DNA from: Macrostomum hystrix | Lineage: Eukaryota > Animalia > Platyhelminthes | Direction: 5' to 3' | NCBI GenBank assembly: GCA_950097015.1 | Contig: CATNEN010000002.1 | Span: 7,936,001-8,000,000, forward strand | DNA length: 64,000 nucleotides | In this document: positions 47,035 through 60,615 of the stretch, one piece after another | How positions within the stretch are numbered: the stretch's first letter is position 1 | Layout: the number at the start of each line of letters is the position of its first letter | Notes under the pieces: generated by a model | The model's database searches: none | What the model was told of the DNA's origin: nothing | Seen by the model: only the letters and a program-made list of their open reading frames with translations | Program-made: the position numbers and the translations under genes

Positions 47035-47150
47035 CCCGCTTCGCTTCCCGCTTCGCTTCCCGCTTCGCTTCCCGCTTCGCTTCCCGCTTCGCTTCCCGCT
47101 TCGCTTCCCGCTTCGCTTCCCGCTTCGCTTCCCGCTTCGCTTCCCGCTTC
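47035..47150. repeat. 12-bp tandem repeat (CGCTTCGCTTCC)n
   Basis: About 10 perfect copies at the apparent right limit of the Polinton. Confidence 0.97.
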
Positions 47151-47431
47151 GTAAAGTAAAAGTATAGGGCAGTAAAGTAAAGCACTAAAATGAATAAGGT
47201 ACGTTTGTAAAATACAGTCAACGATTTGTAAGTAAGTCCGGGCAATTGATTTTTTTATTTATGAAATAGTATAATTATTTTGCACAGTATATACAAAAAA
47301 ATTAATTTATATATACAGAAAATATTATTTATATTTAGGACTAGGAGTAAAGAAAACGGCAAGTTCTGAAGGCTGACCAATTAATTGTTCAGCGCACAAT
47401 GAGATGGATTTTGGGGCAGTAAAGTAAAGCA

Positions 47432-49703
47432 CTACTCGGGGCGTTTCTTTCTTGGCCGGAGGTTTCGCTTTGGCTTCGAGTCGTCCGTGTGCCGCCGCTT
47501 CCGGGACGTCGTGGCCTCTGGCTGCGGGGTGGCGGCCTCCTGCGGCTCCGCGGCGGCCTCCGGGCGAGCTGGTGCGGGCGAGGCGGCTGGTGCGGGCGAG
47601 GCAGGATTCCTCCTGAATCGAGTCCTCATCGACACTGGCGGCGTCGATGGTCGCCGGCGTTTCGGCGCAGGCCGCGGAGTGCCCTGCCTCTCCGACCGCT
47701 GCGAGGCCGACAGAGTGCGTCCGCCAGTTGGAGCAGACTCTGGGGCAGCGTCGGAGTCCTCCGCTGCGTCGGAGTCGTTGGAGTCCTCCGCTGCATCAGT
47801 CTCGACCTCCAGCGAGGCCGCACCAGCCGCCGGCTGCTGCAACGCCGCGTCGACGATGCGAGGGGTCGCCGCTTGGTCGACAGCAGCGGTCGCCGCGTCG
47901 GCAACACCACCGTCCAGGGCAGGCAGCAGAGCCCGCTGCTTCGCGACCAGTGGCGGCTGTGAGGCCGCGTCGGCGATAGGACGGGTCGCGGTTTGGTCGA
48001 CAGCAGCGGTCGCCGCGTCGGCAACACCACCGTCCAGGTCAGGCAGCAGAGCCCGCTGCTCCGCGACCGGTGGCGGCTGTGAGGCCGCGTCGGTGATAGG
48101 ACGGGTCGCGGCTGCAAAAGAAAACATAGTGATTAATAATTATAGGACGTATGACAGTTAGTCATTGGCAATTGTAAAAGGGAACATTACTTTGTGGTTG
48201 ACTTTAGTGGGAGCTTCAAATGGGTAGCATTAATTTTTACGACTAATTCGACATTAGTTCTGGTTTTGAACTTTAACTTTAACTATAGCTGGCTTTGTAC
48301 AGCATGGCGCAGTTATCAGAAACAGCATGGTGGACAGATAGCATGGCGCATTTTTCAGAAACACCATGGCGGACTTATATCATGGCGCAGTAATTAGAAA
48401 CGGCCTAGCGGACTTTACTACGCTTGTATGCTACTATAGCTAACATGCTATTGCACATAGCATGGCACCTGGCTTTGTACAGCATGGCGCCGTTATCAGA
48501 AACAGCATGGCGGACTTATAGCATGGCGTCGATATCAGAAACAGTTCTAAAAGGCGTGGCGTGTGAACTTACGGATCTGGGCTCCCGCGGTTGGCGGTTG
48601 CTGCGGGGCGGAGGCACCAGTCTCCATGGCAGGCAGAGCCGCCCGCTGCTCCGCGGCCGGCGACTGCAGCGTCTGCGTCTCGGCCTCCGCTGTGAACTGC
48701 ACCTCGTTGCCCTCCTCGGAGAACTGAGTCGGAGCGTCCAGGCCTGCACTTCGGCAGAGAGTGTCCATTAGGTCTATGCCGCCTGCGAAAGAAAATAAGC
48801 AGGTTAAGAAGTGTAATAAGCACGGCACTAAAAAGACGCATGAAAAATCGTAGCATGGTGCTCGTATTTTAACAGTAAGGTCTTTTTACAGCGCTACTTT
48901 CTGTGCATGAAGTATTTAGTCACGTGTTGGAACAGCAGGTCGAATAGCCTCTGCCGACTGAGGGAGTGCACCGCGCGTTCCAGGTCACAATCCCGCCAGG
49001 AATGTAGTCCCTCCGATGACCGAATTTCGGTTTCTCCGCTTCGTCCGCCACTCGAGCCAATTGCGCTGGGCTGTTGCGATGAACTCCTCCATCGTCTGGA
49101 TTTCCAGGCCCTCCTTCCAGAGCTCGTGATTGAAGGCCTCCATCCGACGCACGTCCTCGGCCATAGTGTCCACGCCGACGTCTGTCAGCTGGACGTGACA
49201 TCGCGGGGCACTGGGAGCGGCGCTCGGCGCGGTGGCGCGCGGCGTGCTACTGGACGGCTCAGTGGCGCACGGCGCGCTAGTAGTCGGCGGGCTGCTACTG
49301 TTGACAGCGCTGACAGCAGAGTCGTTGGAGTTCTCGGACGATGAAGAGGACGAGGAGCTTAAGACTCTTGGGCGCTGCTGCGTTCTGTGCCTGTGGTCCT
49401 TCTGGCCATCGCGATTCCAACTGCGACTATGGCTGCGCCTTCCGACAGTGTACACTGGGCGAGAATATTTTCCACGTGAGCGGTACCCTGCGCACTCTGA
49501 ACTATCACTTTCGGCGGCGGTGGTGCATGTGAGCTCACCCTGCGCACTAGCGTGGTGGCAGGCACACACATGCCGTCGGCCCTGTACTTTGTTGGATCTT
49601 GCAGGGCAGTTGCGAGCCATGTTCGCCCAGCAATAGTTCGCACTTCAAACTCGTGCAGCCACAGGCCATATGGTTGATTGCACGGCCAGTACAGTCTCTG
49701 TGA
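47432..49703 (-). CDS. Unknown spliced gene (possibly decayed) encoding an Ala/Pro/Ser-rich protein with a basic NLS-like C-terminus
   Basis: Canonical phase-1 exons 48782-48573 and 48111-47432; an upstream exon ends at 48924 but contains a stop; the AEQRA(A/L)LP motif repeats across exons. A further possible exon lies near 50060-50210. Confidence 0.5.
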
Positions 49704-51688
49704 ATGGCAAAGTGAAATATTGAAATTGCTAAGAACTGGTTCCGGAATATAGAATAGTTAAGAATAAAATTAAATATTATTATCAATATTAATTAATTCA
49801 TTATTAATAATTAATAATCTGTTATAATTAACTAACTATTAATATACTATTTACTAACTAATAAAAAATAATAACAATAGTAGCAACAATAATGTAATAT
49901 CAAAAATAGTTACTTAATATAGGCCCCCCTAATAATAATATTAATATTATATTATACTATTAATTGCAACTTACGGATCTACCTGCGGCGTAGCTGTACA
50001 TATGCCGCTTTACTTGCAGCTTTTTGCGGATATTTGCTCGGAAGCACTCACAGTTTTCCTAGCACTTTCACTGGGCGCCTCTCGAGTGCCACCCATTCAG
50101 CCCACTCCCTTTCTGGGCAGCAGGGGAAGTTAGGTGCTCGTTCATTCAGAATGTGGACCAATGCTTGCCCTGGGCCTTGGTGCAGGAGCAATTCCAATGA
50201 ATCAGTCATTTCGCTGGAATGAATAAAGAGAAAGATTAAAACCTAGTAAACCTATATCATAGGATACATATACACATTAGAGTTATAAATCTATTTATGA
50301 CATAAAATGCAAATATATAATTATATATATATATAACATAGTGTAATATAGTGTAATATAGTATATGTAATATAAATAAACCACATACTGTTCCATGAAA
50401 TAATCATTTCATAAATTATTTGATGTCTACATGGCACAGGCCAATTTTCCTGTGGCCAGTACATATATTATATGTATATATAGAATGCCCCAACAGAATA
50501 GAATTTATCTTGGTGGAAAAAACAAGATTATAGGCCATTGAAATAGCATTGCCCACTATAAAAGCCCGTAGTTTTGTATTTGTCTAGGCAAACTAGAAAA
50601 AAGCCTGTTACAAGATCTAATGTTATTAATATTTCATATGGTGGAATCATACTATTCCTGAGTAGTTTTTATATAACTGACTATGTCATATATCCTGACT
50701 GACAAAAATAATAATTGTGTATAAAAAATTCCCTGGCAGAATGCCCTGGCAGAATGCCCTAGCAGAATGCCCTGGCAGAATAGCTTAGCTCATGAAGGAG
50801 TCATAAAAATAAGATTATAGGTCATAGAATAGCATTGGCTACTATAAAGGCCCTTTGTTTCGTATTCGTCTATTAAAGCGTCTCCAGGCCTCTCACAAAT
50901 ATCATATGTTATTACCATTTCACAGGGGGTGTATAAAACATGCCTGAAATGCTGAGTGTGTAAAAAACTTTAAGACAAAAAACATTGAAAACGTACAAGT
51001 TACATTTCGAAACAAATGTTTTAATTAAAAAATTTAAATGCCTAGTGTACAAAAAATGTATGAAAAATAACAGAAAACCATAATTTAATAGTTGTAAATT
51101 TTACATGCTATGGCGGCCTTATAGTTTCAGCTTTAGCTTTTGGCACGCTAAAACAATAAAAATACGCCAAAATCAAGTGTCAGCAAAAAATAGCGCAAGG
51201 TTACAAACTAGAATACGAAAATTTGTATTATAAGTGATTTTCTTACTGTTAGCGATATCAGAATAACCTTTAGTAGTTTTTCGAACTTATATACTTTGTT
51301 TTATTATTTTAAACCCAGAGAGCCCAGTGTGCCCAGACCCATAGATTAAATCACCCGACTGTCGTGCTTTTAATCGTGTAAAAGGGTACGCTTTTGTTCC
51401 GATTAGATCGGGTGCTTGGCATGTCGCCTGCCGTTACGACATGTCTTTCTAGTGATTAAAAGGGCTTCAATGTATAATCTATGGAAGGTATTTGGCGCGA
51501 AATTTAATCATGCCAAGAATTTAAGCCGACCCATCTGAAATGGAAAAGAAAGCTAGGAGCCCAGTTGTAAGCAAGCTCGAAAGAATAAATTAAATAAATG
51601 AACATCTAAATCAGGTCCTAGCTTTATAAGCTCTTTACCATACTGGCTTGAGAATCAATGACAATGGTAATTATAATGTAGCCCATAC

Positions 51689-54600
51689 ATGGATATACAT
51701 GGATATACATGGACATACAAGGATATACAGGGCACACCACCCTGCAGACGAGGACAACGCAGTGTGCGTCGGCGTATTGAACGACGCCGCGAGCGAAACT
51801 GCCGTGGCCGACACCGTGCCCGCGAGCGTCGCACTGCTGGCAGAACCTCTATGCGCAGTGGTTCGGTTCCTCCGGGTGGCGCCGGGGACCTAGAGGTCCA
51901 CAACCAACGGATCCAAGCTGAACCAAATTGCACGCTGCATAAACAGAAACAACAACTAAGAGTCGCGACTTGGAACTGCCGGACTCTGCGAGCAGGTTGG
52001 AGGCAACATCTACTGGCAAAATTAGCTACCGATCTGCAACTAGACATTGTAATGCTGCAGGAGCTATCTATTAAAACCGATCCTGGGCTCCATCAGGAGC
52101 ACCTCGGTGGCGGCTGGCTCCTTCAGTTCACTTCAGCAGACGCAAAAGGCCGAGGAGGAGTTGGTTTCCTTACCAGCCCACGGCTACAGAAATGTTTTCG
52201 ATGCGAAAGCTTATCGCCAAGACTACTACGAGTCGACCTTCGTCTCCGCACCCGTAATATTCACTTATTCTGTGCCTATGCACCCACAGCTGCGCACCCG
52301 ACGGAGCACCGTCAATTTCTGGAGTTCCTCTCGGCGCAACTGGAGGCGGTTGCTCAGCGTGACTCAGTGCTGGTGCTTGGAGACCTCAACGCTGTTATGC
52401 GAAAATCTGAACGAGCTCTCTTTGTCACCCCGCGCGAAAACAACAACACCGATGCACTAATGGATTTCGTGGACCGGCACGATCTGGTCTCAGCGAACAC
52501 TCTCTTTAGGAAACCAGCTGTGAGACTGGCAACGTTCACTGGATGCAAGCGCCCGACCCGGAACGCCAGTGGAAAGTTTGCCACAAAAAGACTCGCACAG
52601 CTGGACCACATTCTAATCCGCTGGCGGGAACGGCGCCGTGCAGTCAACTGCGACACGGTGGCACCTTTGGCAATTCGGTCTGACCATAGACTGCTTTACT
52701 GTGAACTGCGCCTTAGGCACCCACTATACCGACCACCGAAGCGGCAGCCAAAGCGCTTTTTCCGCGCTTTGCGCGACCCAAGCACAAGAGGCCGTTTCTG
52801 CCTGGCCTTTGCCGACGCGCTGGACAAACGACCGGAACCAGCAGCACCTGCCAAATACTCGGACGTCAGCAGCGCTGTCCAGGCTGCCGCTACTAAAACG
52901 CTGCCTCTGGTGAAACCAGTAGCAAGCGGTCAGCCTGTATGGCAAAACGACGAGGCGCTGCGACAGGCCTGGCAAACTGTGGAAAGACTGCGGAGGAGCG
53001 AACAGCCTGCGGAGGAAGCTGAGAAAGCCTTAGCAGAGGTTTTTAAGGCCCGGCAACGCGCCGCTGTTGAGGCCGCAATTCAAGAAATTACTGACGCCGG
53101 CCCCGACAAGAAGCCCCGTGCTGTTTGGTCTGTTGTAAACCAATTGACAGGCCGTAAACGGCGCAGTACGCTGAACCTGTCTGGTGACACGCCCGAAGAG
53201 AGGCGAAACGAACTAAAAGCCTTTTTCTCTGGCATCGTTAACGCGTCTCCGCCGCCGCCAAGAGACGACATGTCACTGCCCGCAGAGGTCGCACTGCCAG
53301 AAGAAAGCTCTTTCAACACCAGTCCTATCACCATTGACGAGGTGCTTCTGCTCGCTAAGAAGACACCGGGCGGCAAAGCCACCGGACCCGATGACGTGCC
53401 TGTCGAAGTGTTGCGCCTCCCGCTGGTGGCGCAAGAAGTCACGCAAGTGATGAACTGCGTGCTGGCGGGAGGTCCCGCCCCCGCTGAATGGCGGACGGCG
53501 CACATCGTCGGGATCCCGAAGAAGCCCGGAACTGTCAAGGTCGAAGAGCATCGCGGAATATCCCTAATGTCCTGCGCCGCGAAGCTGTACAACAGGGTGC
53601 TGCTGACGCGGCTGCAACCTGTGTTGGACCCGTTCCTCCGGCGAGAGCAAAACGGCTTCCGGCCAGGTAGGGGCACGGTGAATCAGATTCTCGCTTTGCG
53701 CCGCATTTTAGAAGAGACCCGTATCCACCAGTCGGCGGTCATCTGCATCTTCGTGGATTTTTTAAAGGCCTTCGACTCGGTGTCGAGACGGGTCATCCCG
53801 AAGATCCTGCGCGCGTACCATGTGCCTGAGCAGCTGGTAACGGCTGTGATGGCCCTGTACCAGGAGACCAGGGCGGCAGTTGTGACGCCGGACGGCCTAT
53901 CCGATTTCTTCGACACGACCTCCGGTGTGCTGCAGGGCGACACACTCGCCCCCTTTCTGTTCGTCCTGGTCCTGGACTGGGTGCTGCGCACTGGCCTCCC
54001 TGACGACGCCAACGGCTTTCTGCTCTGTCGCAGGACAAGCAGCCGACACCTCGAAAGACGACTCTCTGTCCTGGCGTACGCGGACGACCTGGCGCTGCTG
54101 TCCAGCTCAATCGAAGGTGCTCAGCATCTGCTGGACAAGCTGACTGCGGCGGCGGCAATGGTCGGGCTGTCCGTGAACACCAAGAAAACAATGGTGCTGA
54201 CCGTCCCAAATGACCTCAACGGCGAGATCTTCTGCCACAACGTAAATGGGCAAGCGGCATTGCTGCCGCGCTGGAGACCTTCATCTATCTCGGCGGTCAA
54301 GTGCCCGACATCCTGGACGACATGGCGCGACGCAGGGCGCTTGCCTGGGCAGCCTTTCGCACCCTGCGGACTGTCCTGCAGTGCCCCACGCTGCCGGATC
54401 GGCTGAGAGGGCGGTTGTTTCAAGCCGTCATAGAGACCGTCTTTCTCTACAACGCTCAAACGTGGACTCTGAACGGCACACAGGAGAAGCAACTCGATGC
54501 CGCCCACGCCGGACTCCTGCGAGCCGCCTTCGGCGTCCACTATTCGCCGACTGCAGTCACCAACACCAGCAACGATGAGCTCTATCGCCGGGCCCAGCTC

Positions 54601-54896
54601 TGCCGGCCAAGTCAGCTGCTGCGCATCCGGCGCCTGCAGCTGGCTGGCCACGTCATCCGTGCGGAGCAGCGCTGCCCCGAGCCACTGCAGGACGTGCTGC
54701 TGCTTTCCCTGCAGGGGCCCCGGCGGCGTGGTCAGGCGAGGGCGCTACGCTATCCTGAACTGCTATTGACTGACGCTGAGATCTCTGACCCTCGTGGACT
54801 GACAATTCTGCGCCACTCTGCTCTTGCGCGTGCCTTTTGACGGCAGCCCCTCTGGCTTCGGCCTTGGGTTGTCGTCCTTTGTTGTTGTTGTTGTTG
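51689..54896 (+). mobile_element. Near full-length RTE-like LINE (APE + RT) with one frameshift near 54260
   Basis: APE motifs TWNCRTL, QEL, GDLNA, LDHIL, SDH; RT motifs QGDTLAPFLF and YADDL; continues in ORF 54301-54840; (TTG)n tail; ATGGATATACAT occurs on both flanks (likely TSD). Confidence 0.93.
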
Positions 54897-55789
54897 TATG
54901 GATATACATGTAGTCAGGAGCGAGATGGGTCAATTATAGGCCTAGACACAGTTGTTGTAAATAGGATTATTTTTGCTTGTAGTAGATAATAATAAAAATA
55001 ATCAGATTCAAATGCTAACTCATTTTTGGTTATTTTACTTTCTAGCACTTAGCTTAGCTATTTTTATGAATTTGGTATTAATTTTCTACTAAATAAAACA
55101 GTCTTGTAGGCAAAGCAGTGTACTAGCTTATACCCTATTTTTATGAATATGAGCATTAACAAGGCCAACATTAGCTAGCCTATCTAGTTCAGTATATAGA
55201 TATATTTAAGTCACTATGTTGTAGTTTTTTTATTTTCTAGTTATTAGCTTATTAGTTACTTATTACTAGCTAAGCTGAGCTAACTACTATATTACCCAAT
55301 AACTTACTTACTTTGTTGCTAATACCAGTCATGCTTTACTATAGCTAAGTATATAGCTAACTTGAAATTTTACTTTAATAGGGGCATAGCTAGGCCTACA
55401 TTACCTACAGTTATTAAGCTATATATTTAACTAGGCTTGAGTAGCTATGGGGCCAGCCTTATAAACAATAATTTGAATAGGTATGATAGAATTAGCAAGG
55501 CCTTATTGGCCTAATTGTAGGCCAATATATCACTTATATATTGGCTTTCCTATAAACCCACTTTTTCTTTTGACTTTACCTATCCTTATTTATATTTTCT
55601 TACCATTATCTTATTTATCTTATGCTTTTCTGTCCTTAGCTGCAATATTCTGTCCTTTAATATCCTATACCTTTCTGCCCTCTCCCATACCTTTGTTCTT
55701 CCTTCCTTGCCTATCTGCCCTCTACCATACCTTTGTGCCTTTCTGCATTCTGCTATACCATTCCACCTCTTTGTTTCCTTTCTGCTCTC

Positions 55790-55990
55790 TACCACACCCT
55801 TCTAGCACCTTCCCTGCCTTTCTGCTCTCTACCACACCCTTCTAGCACCTTCCCTGCCTTTCTGCTCTCTACCACACCCTTCTAGCACCTTCCCTGCCTT
55901 TCTGCTCTCTACCACACCCTTCTAGCACCTTCCCTGCCTTTCTGCTCTCTACCACACCCTTCTAGCACATTCCCTTCCTTTCTGCTCACT
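55790..55990. repeat. 40-bp tandem repeat
   Basis: TCTAGCACCTTCCCTGCCTTTCTGCTCTCTACCACACCCT, about 4.5 copies. Confidence 0.93.
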
Positions 55991-56225
55991 ACCATACCCT
56001 TGCACCTCCTTCCCCACTGTAACTTTTATCTGCTTTTTTCTACATCTACCCAGCCTTCCCTGTCGCCTTTCATTCTCTTATTTATTTTCTGAGTGTCTGC
56101 GAGCTTTCATCATCTCCCAACCATTTGCCGCCATTTTCCACTCTTTTCCGCCCTCTCCATTACCCTCGCAATCTCTCCTACTCTCTGCGGTCGACACCTT
56201 AGTTTTCATTTCGGCATTTTTTCAG

Positions 56226-59200
56226 GGTCGCTCAAAAAAGCATCTAAAAGTGCGAGTAAACGGTCGCACTACATTGCTCAAAAGTTTACGGAAGTCCTCA
56301 TCTAAAAATTTGACACCGACACAGTTACTACAGGGCATTTCTGCGGCTGCGAGCAATTTTCATAATAATGAGAATGATGGCCCTTCCGTTTCTGATAACC
56401 CAGGAGATATGCCGATTGACTGGGAGAATGTCACTCCACAGAGTCGACCGGAACTTCTGGCGTCTTTTCTAAAGGCAGCAAAAGCTGGCTCGTGTGCGTA
56501 CTGTTCGGAACCATGCAGTATTTATTGTGCTCAGTGTGCGGCTTTTTTCTGCGAACAATTTGTGCTGAAATTCGCCATACAGGGCTCGTACATACTTTAT
56601 CACAGGCGAGTGTATTTTTTGCGTTTGATTATAAAAGTGCATCTATAGTTGTGTTTCAGCGTATAACTTAATCTCAAGAAGAGATAATTCAATTGCGATA
56701 TTGATTCAAATTTCAGAATGGAGTTGTCCTCCGTCGAGAACTCAGATTTTCTTGTGGCTGCACTCCTGGCTCAACGGTGAAAGTTAAACTTGTAGATGCC
56801 TATGGAGGTCAGTTTTTGTCCACACTTTACTCCTTTTGTTTCTGTAGTATTAATTAATAAACTTCCTCTTTGCTTCCTTCTAGGCTATCATGCGGCACTG
56901 ATTAGTGAGTGCGATGATCAACACTGTCGGGAGTTTCTTGTGGCTCAAAACTTTTTCCCTTTATCCGACAACTGCACTAACTATATCTGTTTTGAGCTTC
57001 TGAACACCTTAGACTCGATAATGATCAATGGAATTACGTCTCTGTCAAAGGCTTGTGCTGTCGTTCAGAATCGAAGATTGGCTTTTGGCTTTTTCCCTGA
57101 GGTAGGATCAAAATTTCACGCTAGTGTTGGAATCTTGAGATCTTTTGGTTCTGTTTGATTGAAGTGTGAATCTTCCGGTATTATCGGGAGACTTTGCAGT
57201 TACACAAAGAATTAAATATTGAAATTCTTGCAAAATACCATCCATTGCAGCGAGACCAATATGAAAGCATTCTGCGCAATAACACAATCGGCCTTTACCG
57301 GGAATTCGTAGCCGAAATCGCGAATTACCCGACCGCTTGCTCACTCTGCCAATCGCCTGATTTGGTAATACAAAATTTGTGTGATAAACAAAAGAAATTC
57401 TTCACCGCTTTAATGCATGATACTTTTTCGCACAGGGACCGATATTACACGGCGATGCATTGATGGGATGGCGACATAGAGCTGCAGTCTGTGAAAGTAT
57501 TGCGCAGGTGCCTGTGCAAGGGGAACTTCCTTTTCCCTTTGTGCGCGTTGATCCATCTGCCCAAATCGTTGCTCCTACACATGGCGCTTGTCCAAACTGG
57601 GCTGCAGGGGAGCTATCAAGAGCGTGTCGCTCAACCTCAAAGCTTGATATTACAGGCTTCTTCATTATCGCCTGTCGTCATGGGTTCATCTGGGCCTGCT
57701 CTCATGTGCGCACACCAGGAGAGCGGTGAGCTTGATTTATTTATAACAACTTAAGTTCCCCCACTTTCCTCGTGCAAACTGCTTTATTATTTCCTCTATT
57801 CAGTCTCATCTACCCAACGACATTGCTGCGAGCTGCAGTGGCACGCCTTGGTGTCCCCGAGGAACAAGCAACTTTCGTTTACGATGTCGCCTGCAAACTT
57901 GGGGGCAAGGTTAATGCCAAACTTGCCATACCTGTCTTTCACGCCTACGGCCATGAGTCAAAGTGCCGTGTAAGTTAAACAGGTTAAATCCTGCTTATGA
58001 GTAACGCATCAAAATTACGAGTAAATTAACTAATGATTGCGATCGTACTGTCTCGCATCTCTGGCGATTGTAATGGATACTCTTACCAGCAGTGAGAAAC
58101 AAAATAACTTTTCAGCTGAACAACTCCATCCGCGTGACGTCTGGAGCTGGTATTACAGATGGAGAGATCTGCGAGCGTATATTTTCGCTTTTGCGTCCGT
58201 TCGGGCGCATACTCAAAGAGATGCGATTGGACAGACGCACCAGGCTTATTGGCCATATTATTAGAATGTACCATCTGCGTCTAAATCCTGGTCAGTTTGA
58301 GACTAATGTGCTTTTTGCGAATATTTGATTAATTGATGATACTAAGCTCAATGCTTTTCTTTTCTGACTGAAGGCGAATGGTGCTTTGCTCCCCAGTAGC
58401 AGTCTTAAAGGCATTATAATAACATCATTCAGCTTTTGTATAAAATGCGCGAACGTATATTTGTAGATTCTTGGTTGGAGTCCAGAGAGAAACTTCTCGC
58501 CAAGAAGGATACATTGCTGACTCAACATGTTAATTCTGTCCGACAGCTCATGCCAGAGTCGGGTAATTTTTTGAATAACGCACTAAAAGCAAAAATCGTG
58601 TAAAGTTCTCTAAAAGAAGTTTTACAAACGAAAGCTTCAAATTCATGAGCAGTATTCTAATTTTCACTTACAAAATTAGGTCTCACTAGTCAGCAGTTAG
58701 TGCAACTTGGTGAGCAGTGGCTCCGCGAAGATGCTCATGCAGCTGTTCTGCGTACTGGCGACTGGCTCCAAAAGATGCGCCGGCTAGCTGTCGAGAAGCG
58801 GCGGACCTTGAACGAATTGAACCGCTGCATTGGTAGTCCATTGAAAATATTGCGCTTATTTGGCATCCATTTAATAATTTAACCCAAGACTTGCGTTTTC
58901 TTTTTTGGTCAAAATTTAAATAGCTAGTAGGAAAAATTACATTACCCGCACTGTACGGGCTAATTCATTGAAAAACTGTAAGGCGCAAAAGGATGGGGAA
59001 ATAAGTGGGTCTACTGTATTAAATTGGATTCAGCAGACTATATTTTGCTTTTGATATTTTGAGTGTATTATAACTTAAAAGCAGCTCTTCTTACTTCAAT
59101 TTACAACCAGGATCGCACCAATGTCGACTGCTCACACGCAAGGCTGATGTGATACGCCGGGAGATGAGACAGCTGCTCGAATCGAGTGGCTGCCAGTATA

Positions 59201-59469
59201 CGCTGAAAGATGTTGAAAATCCAGCGTCTCCTATATACTCCCGCCTCGACAATCACATAGCTAGGTCCTATCCGCTGGCTGTGCAGCTTGCGGCTATTGA
59301 CATCTTCCTCATTACTGTACGCACAGCAGAGGAATGTCAGCGAATCAGGACCGAGCGCGATTCTCTGGCTCGCTTTAGAGAAGTTAGGATGCTGATGTCG
59401 GACCTCAACAGCTGCTCGTCTGACAATTCATCATCGTCTGAAGATGACTCAGCTGAGTTTTTTCCGTAA
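56226..59469 (+). pseudogene. Intron-containing KDZ (Kyakuja-Dileera-Zisupton) transposase with Zn-finger/CxC N-terminus
   Basis: Exons encode CAYC..C..YCAQC, CGC...VKLVDAYG, NFFP..LLNTLD, CSLC, HGDA, CPNWAAG, GFFIIACRHG, PGE, FVYDVAC, IPVFHAYGH..C and GAGITDGEICERIFS..EM. At least one frameshift lies near 56560; one intron is GC-AG. Confidence 0.85.
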
Positions 59470-60254
59470 CTGTTGTGATCGCGATGTGTCCTGTGTTCGC
59501 TACGACAGTGGAGAGTATTCTGTTTTAAAGTCACTGTTAGTACAAGCTCATGACAGAACTCACTCAAAAAGTACTAAGAAAGGACCCGGAATGCAGATGT
59601 ACTTTCTCCCTCACTACTAGGAAACAACAAAGTAATGAGGCATCGCAAACTGCAAGAAAAGCAAGATGCAGGACGGAACATATCCCATTAATATAGAGTA
59701 TGACAGAAAAGCAATTTTTATAAAATGCACTTATAAAAAAGCGCACATTTTGCGAGTCCATTTTATCCACGCATGCGAAATGTACAATAATGTTATAAAT
59801 AAATTCTGCGCTGTGTCGTTGGATCCCATACTGTAAGATCTATCATCATTTCAAGAGAGACATGATAGCAGTACGAAATTTAAGCTAAGAAGAAGGCAAG
59901 TTATTTAGTGATACAGGAAAAATAGGGAAGCTGCTGAGAAGCTTGAACTGTACATCGCTGACTTGTTGGCAGTAACAAATAACCAAGCACGACTGCCCCG
60001 AGTTAACATACTCGTAGAGTTTTTGCACTACTACTTTCACGCGAGTATACTACGAGTACTAGTTTAATATGCGACTGTTGGATTGCTTAATTACTCCTTG
60101 TTACTGCATTGTGACTTGTAAAATATTAATTAAATTATTTGTTATCGTGGTTTATTTAAAAAAATGTGCTGTTTTTCACTGGCGCACGTTTTGCGAGTCC
60201 ACCTATGCCAAGTGTATTAATACTATTACAAATAAAATCATCTCACACGCCCTT

Positions 60255-60615
60255 CTGCCTCTCCCTCACCCTTTCGCCTCTCCCTCACCCTTTCGCCTCT
60301 CCCTCACCCTTTCGCCTCTCCCTCACCCTTTCGCCTCTCCCTCACCCTTTCGCCTCTCCCTCACCCTTTCGCCTCTCCCTCACCCTTTCGCCTCTCCCTC
60401 ACCCTTTCGCCTCTCCCTCACCCTTTCGCCTCTCCCTCACCCTTTCGCCTCTCCCTCACCCTTTCGCCTCTCCCTCACCCTTTCGCCTCTCCCTCACCCT
60501 TTCGCCTCTCCCTCACCCTTTCGCCTCTCCCTCACCCTTTCACCTCTCCCTCACCCTTTCGCCTCTCCCTCACCCTTTCGCCTGTCCCTCACCCTTTCGC
60601 CCCTCCCTCACCCTT
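60255..60615. repeat. 19-bp minisatellite (CCCTTTCGCCTCTCCCTCA)n
   Basis: About 18 copies. Confidence 0.97.

Larger units (their letters stand above)
36935..47150. mobile_element. Decayed Polinton/Maverick (adintovirus-like) endogenous viral element
   Basis: Compact AT-rich intronless cluster of penton, major capsid, A32 ATPase, adenain protease and pPolB. It carries multiple stops and frameshifts. Its own termini and an integrase were not found, so the boundaries are approximate. Confidence 0.92.
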
